The notes below the pieces were generated by a model. That model worked only from the letters and a program-made list of their open reading frames with translations. It was not told where the DNA came from and did not search any database. A stretch of 64,000 nt of DNA from Octopus bimaculoides (Eukaryota): NCBI RefSeq assembly GCF_001194135.2, contig NC_068988.1:32196940-32260939 (forward strand), written 5' to 3'. Each line of letters begins with the position of its first letter. Within the stretch, counting starts at the first letter, position 1. Of the stretch, positions 50,157 to 63,793 are shown one piece after another. The position numbers were made by a program, and so were the translations under genes.

Positions 50157-51098
50157 TTTAGGTTGGCAAGAAAGTAATTTCGTTTTTAGCAAATTTTTAC
50201 GACTGATTTGAATTACATTTTTGAATAGCAGTTACTGTTAGCTTACTTTAGAACGAAATTCTGCGTAATGTTTGCCTTACTTCCGTATTGTGTTCCCGTA
50301 AACGGAAGAAATCTGATGAGGCTCAAAAAGATATATGTGAAATTTATGGTGTTGATTGCTTAAAAGAACGCACATGTCAGTAATGGTTTCAAAAATTCCG
50401 TTCTGGAGATTTTTCACTCAAAGATGATTAATCTTCTGGCTGAGCTACTATTATGGTCGAGCCATAACTGAATCTGTTTGTCAAATAACTCTGTGAGACT
50501 GCAAAGAGGTTAAATGTATCACACACACCTATTGAAAATCACTTAAAATGTCTTGGACTCGTTAAGAACCTCAATATTTGGGTTCCACATAAATCAAAAG
50601 AGATTCACTTAACACAAAGAAAATCAACATTTGTGATATGCATCTCAAACGTAATGAAAGCGAAATCGAACTTTTCGTGAAATGAATCATCACTAGTGAG
50701 GAAAAATGGATTGTCTACAAGTGTAATGAACCAGCATAAACCGTATCGAAAGCTGGAGTGCATTAAAAATATCATGCTGTCAATATGGTGGGGATAGAAA
50801 GGTGTTGTGTATTTTGAGTTGCTTCTTAGGAACCAAACAATCAATTCAGATGTTTACTGTCAACAACTAATGAAACTGGAGGAAGCAATCAAAGCAAAAC
50901 GGCCAGAATTGGCAAATCCTAAATGAATCGTGTTCCACCATGGCAACGCTAGATCACACACATCCTTGCTAACTCATGAAAAAATATCGCAACTTGGTTG
51001 AGAAGTGATGTCACATGAACCATACAGCCCTGATATTGTACGATCAGATTACGATTTATTTCGAAATTTGCAAAATTCTTTGATGATGACCTGAAATC
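50157..51098 (+). mobile_element. mariner (DD34D-type) element, degenerate, 3' end lost in the gap
   Basis: 5' ITR-like TTAGGTTGGCAAGAAAGTAATT; ICEIYGVDCLKERTCQ*WFQKFRSGDFSLKD, ITSEEKWIVY, KIMLSIWW, FHHGNARSH, PYSPDIVRSDYDLF. Confidence 0.9.
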
Positions 51099-51907
51099 AT
51101 ATATATATATATATNNNNNNNNNNNNNNNNNNNNNNNNNNNNNNNNNNNNNNNNNNNNNNNNNNNNNNNNNNNNNNNNNNNNNNNNNNNNNNNNNNNNNN
51201 NNNNNNNNNNNNNNNNNNNNNNNNNNNNNNNNNNNNNNNNNNNNNNNNNNNNNNNNNNNNNNNNNNNNNNNNNNNNNNNNNNNNNNNNNNNNNNNNNNNN
51301 NNNNNNNNNNNNNNNNNNNNNNNNNNNNNNNNNNNNNNNNNNNNNNNNNNNNNNNNNNNNNNNNNNNNNNNNNNNNNNNNNNNNNNNNNNNNNNNNNNNN
51401 NNNNNNNNNNNNNNNNNNNNNNNNNNNNNNNNNNNNNNNNNNNNNNNNNNNNNNNNNNNNNNNNNNNNNNNNNNNNNNNNNNNNNNNNNNNNNNNNNNNN
51501 NNNNNNNNNNNNNNNNNNNNNNNNNNNNNNNNNNNNNNNNNNNNNNNNNNNNNNNNNNNNNNNNNNNNNNNNNNNNNNNNNNNNNNNNNNNNNNNNNNNN
51601 NNNNNNNNNNNNNNNNNNNNNNNNNNNNNNNNNNNNNNNNNNNNNNNNNNNNNNNNNNNNNNNNNNNNNNNNNNNNNNNNNNNNNNNNNNNNNNNNNNNN
51701 NNNNNNNNNNNNNNNNNNNNNNNNNNNNNNNNNNNNNNNNNNNNNNNNNNNNNNNNNNNNNNNNNNNNNNNNNNNNNNNNNNNNNNNNNNNNNNNNNNNN
51801 NNNNNNNNNNNNNNNNNNNNNNNNNNNNNNNNNNNNNNNNNNNNNNNNNNNNNNNNNNNNNNNNNNNNNNNNNNNNNNNNNNNNNNNNNNNNNNNNNNNN
51901 NNNNNNN

Positions 51908-51965
<58 letters not shown>

Positions 51966-52269
51966 ATGCATGTATATGTATATATGTATATAAAAAAAGA
52001 TTAAAATCTAACATAGAGAAAGTAGTCTCCTCCATGGGGATGGAAACATCCAATATTTCTCTGGTTTGGCAGTTTGATATCCAATATTGCATAGAAAAAA
52101 AAATTCTACAATCCACATGGGTATATATTCAATATACAAAGATGAAAAGAAAATAGAGATTTACGATTGACACATTGTAATAGTTATATTTATATCATAT
52201 TAAATTATATTATAATAATAGGATAATATTAAGTGAATTATATGAACAAAATATTGTGTTACAAAGCTA

Positions 52270-54717
52270 GAGCTATCAGAAAGAATGAATGGTTATCTCC
52301 AGTTGAACTGGAAAGCGTAAAGAGACAGGCGCTTAGAGACAGGCGCTTAGAGACAGTAAAACCAGCGGTGAACGGAAGGAGGAGGAAGAAATCCAGATAT
52401 TGAAACTATGGCAGTGGTGTTAAAGGAAGAAAATGTGCATGAGGCTGAGATCATTTATCAGGAAAGCGATGAGTGAATCGAGGACCAGATATTCATTTTA
52501 AAAGAAATCATTGATATGTGGACTACTGGTGAAGAGAACCTCTATACAGGGTTTATAAAGTAGACAGAAAGAAACTCAATGAATGGGTCAGGAAGATAAA
52601 TGATATCACTGGTGATATCAAGACTGACAAGGTAACAGACACCAACAATCTGATAAATTCAATCGCGATCTTTATTGTCCGGAGGTTAGGTTTGAAAGTT
52701 AAAGGTAAATGTCAACATAACCTGAAGGAACCATGGTGGAAAAGGCGAATAATACAATCTATTAAGGAGACCAGTAAACATATTTATATTCTGGAACGGA
52801 AGAAGAGAAATGAAGTTCAGCGAGAGAAATATGTTGAGCTAGAGAGGAAGGATAGGTGAAGAGAAAGGGAATCAATGTTGTGATTGAAGAATTAAAACAG
52901 AGGTTGAAAGCTAAAGTACATAAACTAAAGAGATATGAACAGAAAATTGAGCAGTACAGATTAAACAGACTTTCGAACAAAATCAGAAACGAGTCAATGA
53001 GGAACTCGAGGGGAAAGAAAAAGCGAAAAAGCTGGATGTTGAAGAAAGCAAAATATTCTGGTCATATATACAGTTTCAGGAAAAACAACACAAAACTGAA
53101 GCAGAGTGGTTAAAGACATTCAAAGTGGAGAGTAGAGAGTACCAGCAGGGGGATTTAAGAATAACGGAGATGATTAGAGATCAGTGCAGGAAGATTCTTA
53201 ACTGGAAAGTGCCTGGCCCTGATGGGGTTCAGAGCATTTTGACTGAAAAACTTTACAGCCCTCTACAGGAGAATTGCGAGACAGATGGACTAAATATTGA
53301 TTAGTGACATCCAGGTACCGGCCTCGATGACAAAAGAAAGAACGGTACTATCTCCGAAGGACCCACATAACGGGAATGCGTTTGGAAACTTCCTATCAAT
53401 ATATTGTTTGCCACTGATGTGGAAACTGATGACAGGCATCATATCAAACAGCATCTATAAGTGCATAGATGAGAATGACCTGTTACCAGTGGAACAAAAA
53501 GAGTGTAGATGTAAAACAAGAGGAAGGAAGGATCAATTACTAATCGATAAGACTGTACAGGCTGATTAAAAGAAGAGACAATAATTTGGTGATGGCTTGG
53601 GTGAAATACAGGAAATCATATGATATGGTCCCACACACGTTCGATTATTAAATGCCTTAAAATGCTTAAGGTCTCCCACAATATTCTGAAGTTTATACAA
53701 ATCTCAATGTCAACGTAGTGAACTGAACTCACAGCATGGGGTGATAAGCTGGGAGAGGAATCTTACAAGGCGATAGTCTGTCGCCCCTCCTATTTGTTGT
53801 CTGCATACTGCCAATAACGAACGTTTTAAGAAAGATACGTGTGAGGTACATGCTAGGCGAGGTGAAAGTTAACAACCTATGATTTATGGTTGACCTAAAG
53901 CTATTCGCTAAGACTGAGGAAGAAATGGAGAGTTTGACGGCCACTGTGCATATGATTAGCAAAGCTATTTGCATTAAATTTGGGATTGAGAAATGCGGTA
54001 TAATGATTCTAAAAAGGGGGAAAATCAGTAAAAGCCGTGGGATCAAGCTAGAAAGTAGTGAAGCTATGAAGGAAGTCGGAGAGGAAGGATATAAGCACCT
54101 CGGTATCATTGAAAGAGATAAAAGGAATGAACACAAGATGAAAGTAATGTAGAGGAAAGAGTATTTGAAGAGAACTCGGCGTGTACTCCAGTCGAAGCTA
54201 AATGGCCTCTATACGATTAGAGCAATTAACATGTGGGCTGTTGCTTTGATGAGATATGAGGCAGGAATAGTATCTAGGAAGAAGCATGAATTAGAGATAG
54301 ATCGGAGAACATGTAAATCAATGACAATGAAAAGGGAACTACACACTAAGTGTGATGTGTTAAGATTGTATGTAAAGAGGAAAGAAAGAGGACGGGGATT
54401 AGTGTGTTGTGAAGGTTGTGTAAGGGAAGAGAAGAATACCCTGGCTTGGTATGTTAAGAGGAGTAAAGAAGAAATGATTAAAGCAGTGAGAATGTAGGCA
54501 ACCTTAAAAGTGAACGAAGCCGTAGATCCAAAACAATTTAAGAAAGACCAGCGAGAGAGCAAACGAAGTAAATTTGGCTTGACAACAAAATGGACAGCCA
54601 GGTCTTGAAGAATAAAGATAAAATTGATTGGAATAGAACCTGGCAATGGCTGCAGAAAGAAGACTTAAAAGGGCCCACTGAGCCATTACTGTGCCACGCT
54701 CAAGAACAAGCTCTCAG
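52270..54717 (+). mobile_element. R4/Dong non-LTR retrotransposon, large degenerate copy lacking the RLE
   Basis: EPWWKRRI, WKVPGPDG, CLPLMWKLMTGII, LPVEQK, DQLLIDK, ILQGDSLSPLLF, FMVDLKLFAK, FGIEKC, YKHLG, RLYVKRKERGRGL, AQEQAL. Confidence 0.95.
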
Positions 54718-54839
54718 TTAAAAGCCAATGTAATTTACTACCTCTATTGCTGACCTAATAGTCGATCGATTTACGTATTAGATTCTGAGTCCTTCTTGTC
54801 GCGTTTCCCTTTACCATTACTTTCTAATCACTCTTATTA

Positions 54840-55300
54840 TACTTACATGGTATGCTATATTGAAGGAACTACCCATTCTAGTTATGGTGTGTCCAGTATT
54901 ATGTAATAGGGATATCAAATATATCTAACCTGGAAGTACCTTCCTGCAAACCATAACCAGTTCTTTTCCAATTCTGCTAGGTATGTAATCCTTACACCAA
55001 GATACAGATATTTTAGCTGCGCTTGTTAAATAATAATTTAATAATGGAACATACTATCCAAACCTCTTACCCGCATCTATTGTCTGGGGTTGCTTTTCCT
55101 AATCCACACAAAGGTGATTATACAAATTAAATAATATTAACGCTATCTGTATAACATTCCATATTGTTAATCATTATGGAAACATTAGACTACTCCCTAC
55201 TGCTAGCTTTCTTTGATATCCAATCCGGTATTTCCTGTAACTCCTTACCAGTTGTAGTTTATTATATACCCCCTCTTTCATTAAACTCCTTAAAAATAAG
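54840..55300 (-). mobile_element. Highly decayed LINE RT (I/Jockey-group-like)
   Basis: Minus strand GSSL../IMINNME and KYLYLGVRITYL with frameshifts. Confidence 0.4.
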
Positions 55301-55399
55301 TAATACTCTACTTTTACTAACTTTACTGTTCCATAAAAGTTAAATCTTATTAGGTTGCCTTCGTACCCTCTCCCAACTTTCAATCAACATCAACAGAAT

Positions 55400-56558
55400 A
55401 TCCCTAAATTCATTGTATCAGTGCCTCTTCCTTTGTCCTTTAGCGTTAGCTAGCGTATCCGAAACCCCGACCCAATGCCTAAAATTCTTGTATGTTTCTA
55501 TTTCTCTTCACCCTTATTTTGCTTTATTTATTCTTTCTCTTTTTATCCTTATTTCATACCAGGACCTCTCCTTACTTCCCACTGCCCTAAACCTACTATA
55601 ATAAAATATCGCTTCCACTCCAGTCTACCGAGGAACAAGTCTAGCAGACTCCTTTCCCACGCAGGTCACTGACCTTAGATATCATATTACACATTTTCAA
55701 GAACAATATTCTTAACCTCAACGGTCAACTTTGCTGCTCATTCGCCCATTTCATAGTTGACATCGACAGACTTCAGCTACATTCCTGCTGTATTTGTGGG
55801 ATATTTTTTTTAGTAAAATTTCTTTTCATCTGAAGATTACGGGTTTTACTTTGTATTGGAATAATGTTCTCATTCTTCTATTAAAAGTGAAACAAGTAGT
55901 TGTAATGAGCTGACAGTTATTCGTCGCTTGTTATTATTCACTTGATTATTATACACCAAGGGAATTTACGACTTACAATTAAAGAATCTTGCACACCAAA
56001 TACACATACAAAATAATTTACGACTTGTCGGGAACCCTAGAGTATACGAACAACGTACTATTCCAAGTAACGCGTTATATGGAACAGCCCCTAGACGCTA
56101 AATACTCGTAGGCTTGGTTTTCTCGGTGGACACAGCCGCAATATCCTACCTGATATTTACCAACCATAAGGCGCAAACACAGGTTTATCCATCTTAGTGC
56201 ATATCTTTTCAAGTACCTGATTCTATCTGAATTCTTGTTTTACTCTCCCTCTTAATTTATATACATATTCCCCACACTACCCCACATTCGCACCCCAAAC
56301 CCACACCCACACCCCACACTATCACACCACACCAAACCACATATCACTACACCACATTACATCACCCCGCACACCCTAGCACTGACAACTTCCCAGCACC
56401 CACACCATTAACCAGACACCCACACATTACAGATAGACGAATACACACACGCATACATCAACACGTGAAAGACTTTCTCACCTTCCCAAGGTTCAAACTA
56501 ATACACATGCCTGTTGTTAATACACCAGTCTTCGTCTTTTGCTCTTTCTGTAAATTTC

Positions 56559-56560
<2 letters not shown>
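55400..56560 (+). mobile_element. Probable Penelope-like element remnant
   Basis: 3' part (56469-56560) matches the sequence following the hammerhead-like motif at 6302-6345 and is preceded by a C/A-rich tract. The upstream boundary is uncertain. Confidence 0.4.
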
Positions 56561-56616
<56 letters not shown>

Positions 56617-57158
56617 NNNNNNNNNNNNNNNNNNNNNNNNNNNNNNNNNNNNNNNNNNNNNNNNNNNNNNNNNNNNNNNNNNNNNNNNNNNNNNNNNNNN
56701 NNNNNNNNNNNNNNNNNNNNNNNNNNNNNNNNNNNNNNNNNNNNNNNNNNNNNNNNNNNNNNNNNNNNNNNNNNNNNNNNNNNNNNNNNNNNNNNNNNNN
56801 NNNNNNNNNNNNNNNNNNNNNNNNNNNNNNNNNNNNNNNNNNNNNNNNNNNNNNNNNNNNNNNNNNNNNNNNNNNNNNNNNNNNNNNNNNNNNNNNNNNN
56901 NNNNNNNNNNNNNNNNNNNNNNNNNNNNNNNNNNNNNNNNNNNNNNNNNNNNNNNNNNNNNNNNNNNNNNNNNNNNNNNNNNNNNNNNNNNNNNNNNNNN
57001 NNNNNNNNNNNNNNNNNNNNNNNNNNNNNNNNNNNNNNNNNNNNNNNNNNNNNNNNNNNNNNNNNNNNNNNNNNNNNNNNNNNNNNNNNNNNNNNNNNNN
57101 NNNNNNNNNNNNNNNNNNNNNNNNNNNNNNNNNNNNNNNNNNNNNNNNNNNNNNNNNN

Positions 57159-57250
<92 letters not shown>

Positions 57251-57352
57251 ATACACGCATTTATACACAAATACCTATAAAGACGCTGGTAGACAGTGGG
57301 AGAGGGAGAGAGGAAGAGTTAGATAATGAAAGAGAGACAAACAAATCCTGAT

Positions 57353-57396
<44 letters not shown>

Positions 57397-57933
57397 GGAG
57401 ACAGACAGAAATTAATGGAGGGGAAAATAGAGGTTCTGCATCAAATGCAGTGCAGAAAATATATGTTATATTTAAATATTTACTTCCGCGAAAGATAACA
57501 AGGATAGGGAAAATACCTCCGGTAATTCGTAGCAGGCGTTATGAAATGAAAATAATTACAAGCCATTGAGAATAAATTCACGGTTGAATGTAACAAACCT
57601 GTGGAAAGGTAAACTTTTCCCTTTGCTTCATACTGCGAGGTAGATATGCTCTGAGTTCAATTGTCATTGAGTACATAAAATTTTGTTACTCACATGTGAT
57701 CCATTTCAGAAAATTTCACACACACATAGACATAACTGGTCATATAAACACATATATATTTTGACGCAAGCACTTACAGAGACATAGTTATATATATAGA
57801 ATATAGATATACACAAAATGTTTTCTTATATAAAGAATTTATTCTGTTGATAAAGTAGAACATCTTAACTATGGTAAAATAAATTCATTTGATAGAAAAA
57901 AAATGAGACATGCATATAGAATATGCACACATT

Positions 57934-57964
<31 letters not shown>

Positions 57965-57967
57965 CAT

Positions 57968-58058
<91 letters not shown>

Positions 58059-58089
58059 CATACATACATATATATATATATTTATAAAC

Positions 58090-58120
<31 letters not shown>

Positions 58121-58151
58121 TCTCTCTCGCTCTCCCTCTCTCCCCTCTTCC

Positions 58152-58182
<31 letters not shown>

Positions 58183-58293
58183 ATACACACACACGTATAT
58201 ACACACGCAGAGACACAAACACTGACACACACACACACACACACACACCGTATATGTATATATACATATGTGCATACATACACATATATGTAT

Positions 58294-58326
<33 letters not shown>

Positions 58327-58483
58327 CATATAATAGATTTTTAGAGTGTGCTATTAAATTTAGCTTTCTTCGCTTTGCATAATTCGAGTACGATATACCA
58401 ATGTTGAATAAACTCGGTCTTTTCATTGAGCTTGTATTATCTCAAATCACTTCTAAATAGATTTACTATAGATAAGCAGCCGG

Positions 58484-61340
58484 TTCGTGCCAAAGTAAAT
58501 TTGAAGTTAATCTTTCTGGCGTCACATGTCTAAGGGAGTAATTTGTTAAATGAGCTACCTATGTGTATGATATATATTGCTGTATATTGGGTATACAATT
58601 GGAAGAATCTTCGGTTGATTATTTTCAGCATCTCTTCGAATTAAGAAATCCCAATTTGTAAATAATTTCTCTGATATTTACTAGGCTATTTTGTACTTTG
58701 ATGTTTAAGTTTTCATTGATTTATTTAAAGAAACATAAACAACAACAACAGTAACAACAAAAAATATTTGTTGTGTACTCCTCTCATGCAATTGAAATGT
58801 TATCTGATACTGTTTGTTGAACCCTTTCACTTTTCGTGTTGTTAATTCTTCAGTTATACCAAGCTGATGAGATTATATCTAATGTACAATACGTATCAAA
58901 CTGAAAACTATTTTTCGAACTTCTATTTCGCAAGACTCGACTGACTATAACGAAATGAGTGTACAATACAATGTAAATGACGAATTGCGCACAAATTGCT
59001 ATGCTGCACATTATATTGCCACCTGGTCTGTGTTAATTTCATTATTATTTCTCAGATAATCTACTTTTGCAGATGTGTGCGATTTTTATGACTATGTAAC
59101 TATACATATGCATATACATACATGTTCCATTGCAGTTAGGCATCGAAATGCTGCAATGTACGTTGGAGCTCTGTATTTATACGCGTGTTTAAATTAATTT
59201 TCTGCTATATAAATACTCTGTATATTATGACAAGTATCACTGTTAAGTACAGTGGTCGACTAACATCCATACAGTCGATACTGGAAGTTGACTAAAGAAC
59301 GATACTCCGCGTGGATCTTTAACTGTATACGAGTTGTCGTATATCTAACTGAACACAATATGGTGCACCCACATGATAGTGCACCACCATGAAGTTGTAT
59401 GAAACGACCCAGCATTTATTTTTTTAAAGCCTGGAACTTATTGCGTTGAATCCTTTTCGCGAAACGCTACGTTTCTAGGACGTAAAGAAAGCGACACCGA
59501 TCGTTAAATGTTGGGGAAAAATACATACATACAATCACACACACACACACACAAACAGAGGCAGACAGATAGAAAGGCACACACATGCACGCACATGCAC
59601 ACACACATGTATATAGAAACTCGAAAGAAATGTCGTTCTGTATATATATTTTGTGTCACTAAACCATTTTCCCTAATGAATAGAATTCGTCTTCCTTAGA
59701 TTGGGGCAAAACGTAAATTATAACAATCATTTGCACTCAATTGAATTATTCAGTTTTGAGCATATCAAGAATTTTTCGCCACCAGCTGGATACAAAGGGA
59801 TATTAAGCACAGCCAGATTGACATTAGAATATTTGGATTGCTCTTTGATTGAGAAATAAATAACAGTTTTTAACAAATAACCAAGCAATGCAAGACATCT
59901 ACAATAAATTACTATTAATTATAAGCCGATGTTGACAATTTATATTTCTCATATTTTTAGCGTCTATAATGATATTATTAGCATCTGTGTGATATTCGGG
60001 TAAATGAAACAGAAGAGAATCTGAGCTATATTTATTACCGGTTTCTGTGCTTTATTGATATTTACTAAATATATTTCGATTAATATTGCTATACTAACTG
60101 TACATACTGATTTTCCCGAAATACATATTGATTTAAATTATTGAATTATATTTGACTTTTCCCTATAGTATATTAGTTTAACGTCTGAGCTAGATTGACA
60201 TTCATTCAATAAATATTGAGATTAAACTCGTTTTATGTTGACAGTTACTGGATGTATGTGTTAATAATGTTAAAGTTATATTGACATTGTCTCATTGCAC
60301 ATTGATTGAACATCTCTGATCTGTTGCGGTTTACTAAATAAATATTGATCTTAGGATGTGTAAAATAGAATTAACGGCTTGCTGCTGATTCATAATGGCT
60401 CACATACATCAGAGTTCCAGTCCGTTATTCAATTGAATATATGTATCGTTAAAAGGCTTTGAAAGTTAACATTGATTTACATTGGGAACAAAGGCAAGGG
60501 CAATTTATTGATATGACGCAATATATTACTGATATTTTATTGACTGCAAAAGAATGAAAAGGAATACTAACATCTTTTTCGAGTTATGTTCAAAGAACGG
60601 AAACGGAGTGGAATCAAATAGTAGTATTGTTAGTATTGTATTTCACGCACCATTTTCTACACTTTACCCAATCACCGCTTTTCGTAAAGTGGAGACTTCT
60701 CTTTAAAGATCAATAAATACATATGGAATATAACGTGACACTTACTTTACTAGCAAGAGGAAATCGCCATAGCATCATAACGCTTGACTTTATCTCAATA
60801 ATCATTTTATCGATCACGAAATTGATGAAAGGCAAAGTCGATCCCGGCGGAATATGAATTCAGAACGTTAAGACGGGCGAAATGCCGCTAAGTGCTATCA
60901 ATTCTGCCAGGTAGCCGGCTTTTATTTTTTCATAACATGACAATGGATATATATTTTAACTAAAGTTTTCTTACTGTATGAAAGCAGAGTACTATAGGTA
61001 TGTGGAGACGTGTGTGTTATTTCTCTTATTCAGCAAGAATAGTTATCACAAATCTTGTCACCACATATGATATTCGCAACTCCCTTCTACGACTCGATTA
61101 GAACATTTGTAAAGATTACTTGAAGTGAAAACGTAAAATTTTGAATATGATTTCAATCGCATTATTACATCTTAAAAATACATGGTTGGTAAAATTTTTT
61201 GAAGATATAATCTATATATCTGTTTGTGTGCGTGTGTGTGTGTGTGTTTGTGTGTACGCGCCCGCCTGTTTGTGTATGCATGTATCTGTGTATACATTTT
61301 TATGTATATGCATATATATATATGTATGTGTGTGTGTGTA

Positions 61341-61384
<44 letters not shown>

Positions 61385-62600
61385 CATATGTATATACTTA
61401 TGTATGTATGTGTAAACATTATACCTGCGTTATGGAAAATATAGTAGAATGTATAAAAAGCGCGAGAATTGAAAGTGAATTGAGTACCAACAAGGAAACA
61501 TCGGGTGAATTTCGATAATGGCGTCTGTCCAACTGCAAGACTGGTAATTCGGATATATTGTGAAAGTCGAAAATGAAATGAATATCAGTCATGTTACATC
61601 TTAGGTGTAGGGTTAATAAAAAATTATTGTTACATATGATAAACATAACTCCCTCAACTATGTAATAAATATTGGTGCATATCAATATTTGTTTGACGTT
61701 GAATAAGCAATTATTGTATCTAAAGGGATACAGTATGTTAAATTTACTGAAATAGCGAGTTGATAATACATCAGAGAACCGTAACATTAGAAAACAAAAC
61801 GAAACAAAAGCCAATCATATTAATATTTTTTACACTTAAAACAGTTTCAGCCATTCATGTACAGTGTTCTGAGTCATAAATTTACAAGTTATAGAATATT
61901 TATTAACCTATATTGCATGTAATAGCGATTCGCGTTTATTTTACCAAGATCGCAAGTATGGTAAGGTAACGGCTCGGTTTGGATAGAAAACGAAATAGAG
62001 TCAGGGAATTGAATTTCTCACTAAAATCACCCGACACAGAATCGACATAGCTTCGTATAAAAATAACTTGTGTTATATAGAGAGCTACAGCATTCAAAAT
62101 TCTGTTTCATTCCATCGTAACTAAACCTGTACACGTGGAGTAGTACTGGATTTGAAATACGCATTGAATATTGTTGTCCTGTGAGTTTTGGAAATTAGAA
62201 TGACTGATATCCCTGGAACAAAAGCAGTTGAAGAGCGTCAAATTCTTCCAATGGGTTTCAGTTTTCGTCAATACTTATTTCATAAAACTTAATTGAATGA
62301 TGACCAAGTGATGTTTTGATATTTACAAGGCTACACATTATTTGTAAACTACGTTGGACATTCGACGGTATAACAGTGAAATACATTAAATTAGTTTTGG
62401 CAGTTCCGATGTAGTAAATCTATGCCGAAAGTTATCCTTGACATTAATCTAACGTTCATATAGAAAAAAATGCCTTTTGGAGATTTTAGCTGCCATTTCT
62501 GGTAGGTCAAGCGTTTGTATCTGAGTCCCATGCTGTCTTGTGTAACAAATATTCATTGCTACCGATGAAAGAGATCTTTGAATAACATTTACAAACATAG
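58484..62600 (-). pseudogene. Decayed LRR(-TM-TIR?) receptor-like relic, copy C
   Basis: Minus-strand order: QIQTLDL (62523), LRTLYMNG (61873), a 107-codon open frame 61746-61425 containing LLTLHLRCN, NLAVLNI (59819), NNSIECK*LL*F (59750), LYLTVILVIIYR (59252), VSDNISIA*EE (58810), KILPIVY (58611), LWHE (58495). Confidence 0.35.
60790..60920 (-). mobile_element. tRNA-derived SINE (Deu/Nin-like core), 5' part
   Basis: TTTTATCGATCACGAAATTGATGAAAGGCAAAGTCGATCCCGGCGGAATATGAATTCAGAACGT matches the family in reverse. Confidence 0.8.
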
Positions 62601-62811
62601 CGATATATAGCTACGCGATATGAATAATTGAAACTATTATTTACACTTTATTACTAGTTTAAGTACATGGGTTGTAACCTTGTTGGGATATGTCTTAACA
62701 TGTTTCCAATGCGCTTGGCAGCTATAGTTGCAGTGGCATATTTTATCCGGTATATGTTTTAGATACACACACACGCACACACAGACACACATAGACACAC
62801 ACAGACAAACA

Positions 62812-62853
<42 letters not shown>

Positions 62854-62862
62854 TTATATATA

Positions 62863-63793
62863 CAAATAAACAGAAAACGGAGAAAACCTCAGATCAACAA
62901 ACACAACGATTCGACCATATTTAAGATTAACTTTGTAATACAAAGCGTTACATATGAAATAGGTGATGCAACAAATTAAACGGCCGTTTCCGCATCAGTT
63001 GCCAAACGTTGTCTGTAACTAATTGCGAAAATAAAATTCTTCATCTTCATAGGACTTTCGAATGAAGTCACGGAGCTTCATGAGAGTAAAACAAAAAGAG
63101 CATTCAATATACACAAAGGGAAGAAGGAATAGGAACGAAAAATATATCCTAGAAAAGAAGTCTAGAAGCACAATATATCAAAAGCATATAGTCTACCATC
63201 TTAGGCATATTAGGTCAGTTGGTAAAAGAGTGAACTAGAAATGGTCTAGAGAATACAAAAAATTACTTATAGGTAATTTCAATTAAAAGGTGGGGGCAAG
63301 AAGTTTTACGATTTATGAAAGGAAGTTATAAAAATACTAACTTCCTTTCATAAATTGTAAAACTTCTTGTCCTCACCCTTTAATTGAAACTACTTGTAAG
63401 TAAATTTTAGTATTCTCTGGACCGTTACTAATTCACTCCTTTACTTCTAGACCTCGTAGCTCCAAGATGGTAGGTTATATGCTTTTAATATATTGTGCTT
63501 CTAGATTTCTTTTTCTAAGCCATATTCTCTTTCCTATTCCTTCTTCCTTTTGTTCATAATGCTCTTGTCTTTTACTATGATGAAGCTCTGTGCCTTAATT
63601 TGAATGTCCTATGAAGGTGAAGAATTTAATTTTCGCAATTATTTATAGACAGGGTTTGGCAATTGATGCGGAAACAACCGTTTGATTTGCTGCATCACCT
63701 ATTTGTTATGATTTGTATTAAAAAATAAGCTATGAACGTGGTCCAATGGATCTATTTGTTAATCTGAGGTTTTCTTCATTTTCTGATTATCTG
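62863..63793. mobile_element. 931 bp foldback palindrome with TA flanks (MITE-like, Tc1/mariner-type ends)
   Basis: Arms pair from 63328/63338 outward to 62863/63793 around a 9-nt loop; TA at 62861-62 and 63794-95; ends CAAATAAACAG...CTGATTATCTG. Confidence 0.8.

Larger units (their letters stand above)
1621..57158. other. Sixteen assembly gaps (N runs) scattered across this span
   Basis: For example 7053-7647, 23252-23871, 26308-27006, 27931-28510, 46099-46834, 51115-51907, 56597-57158. Most are bordered by (TA)n; they create the long X-filled ORFs. Confidence 0.99.
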
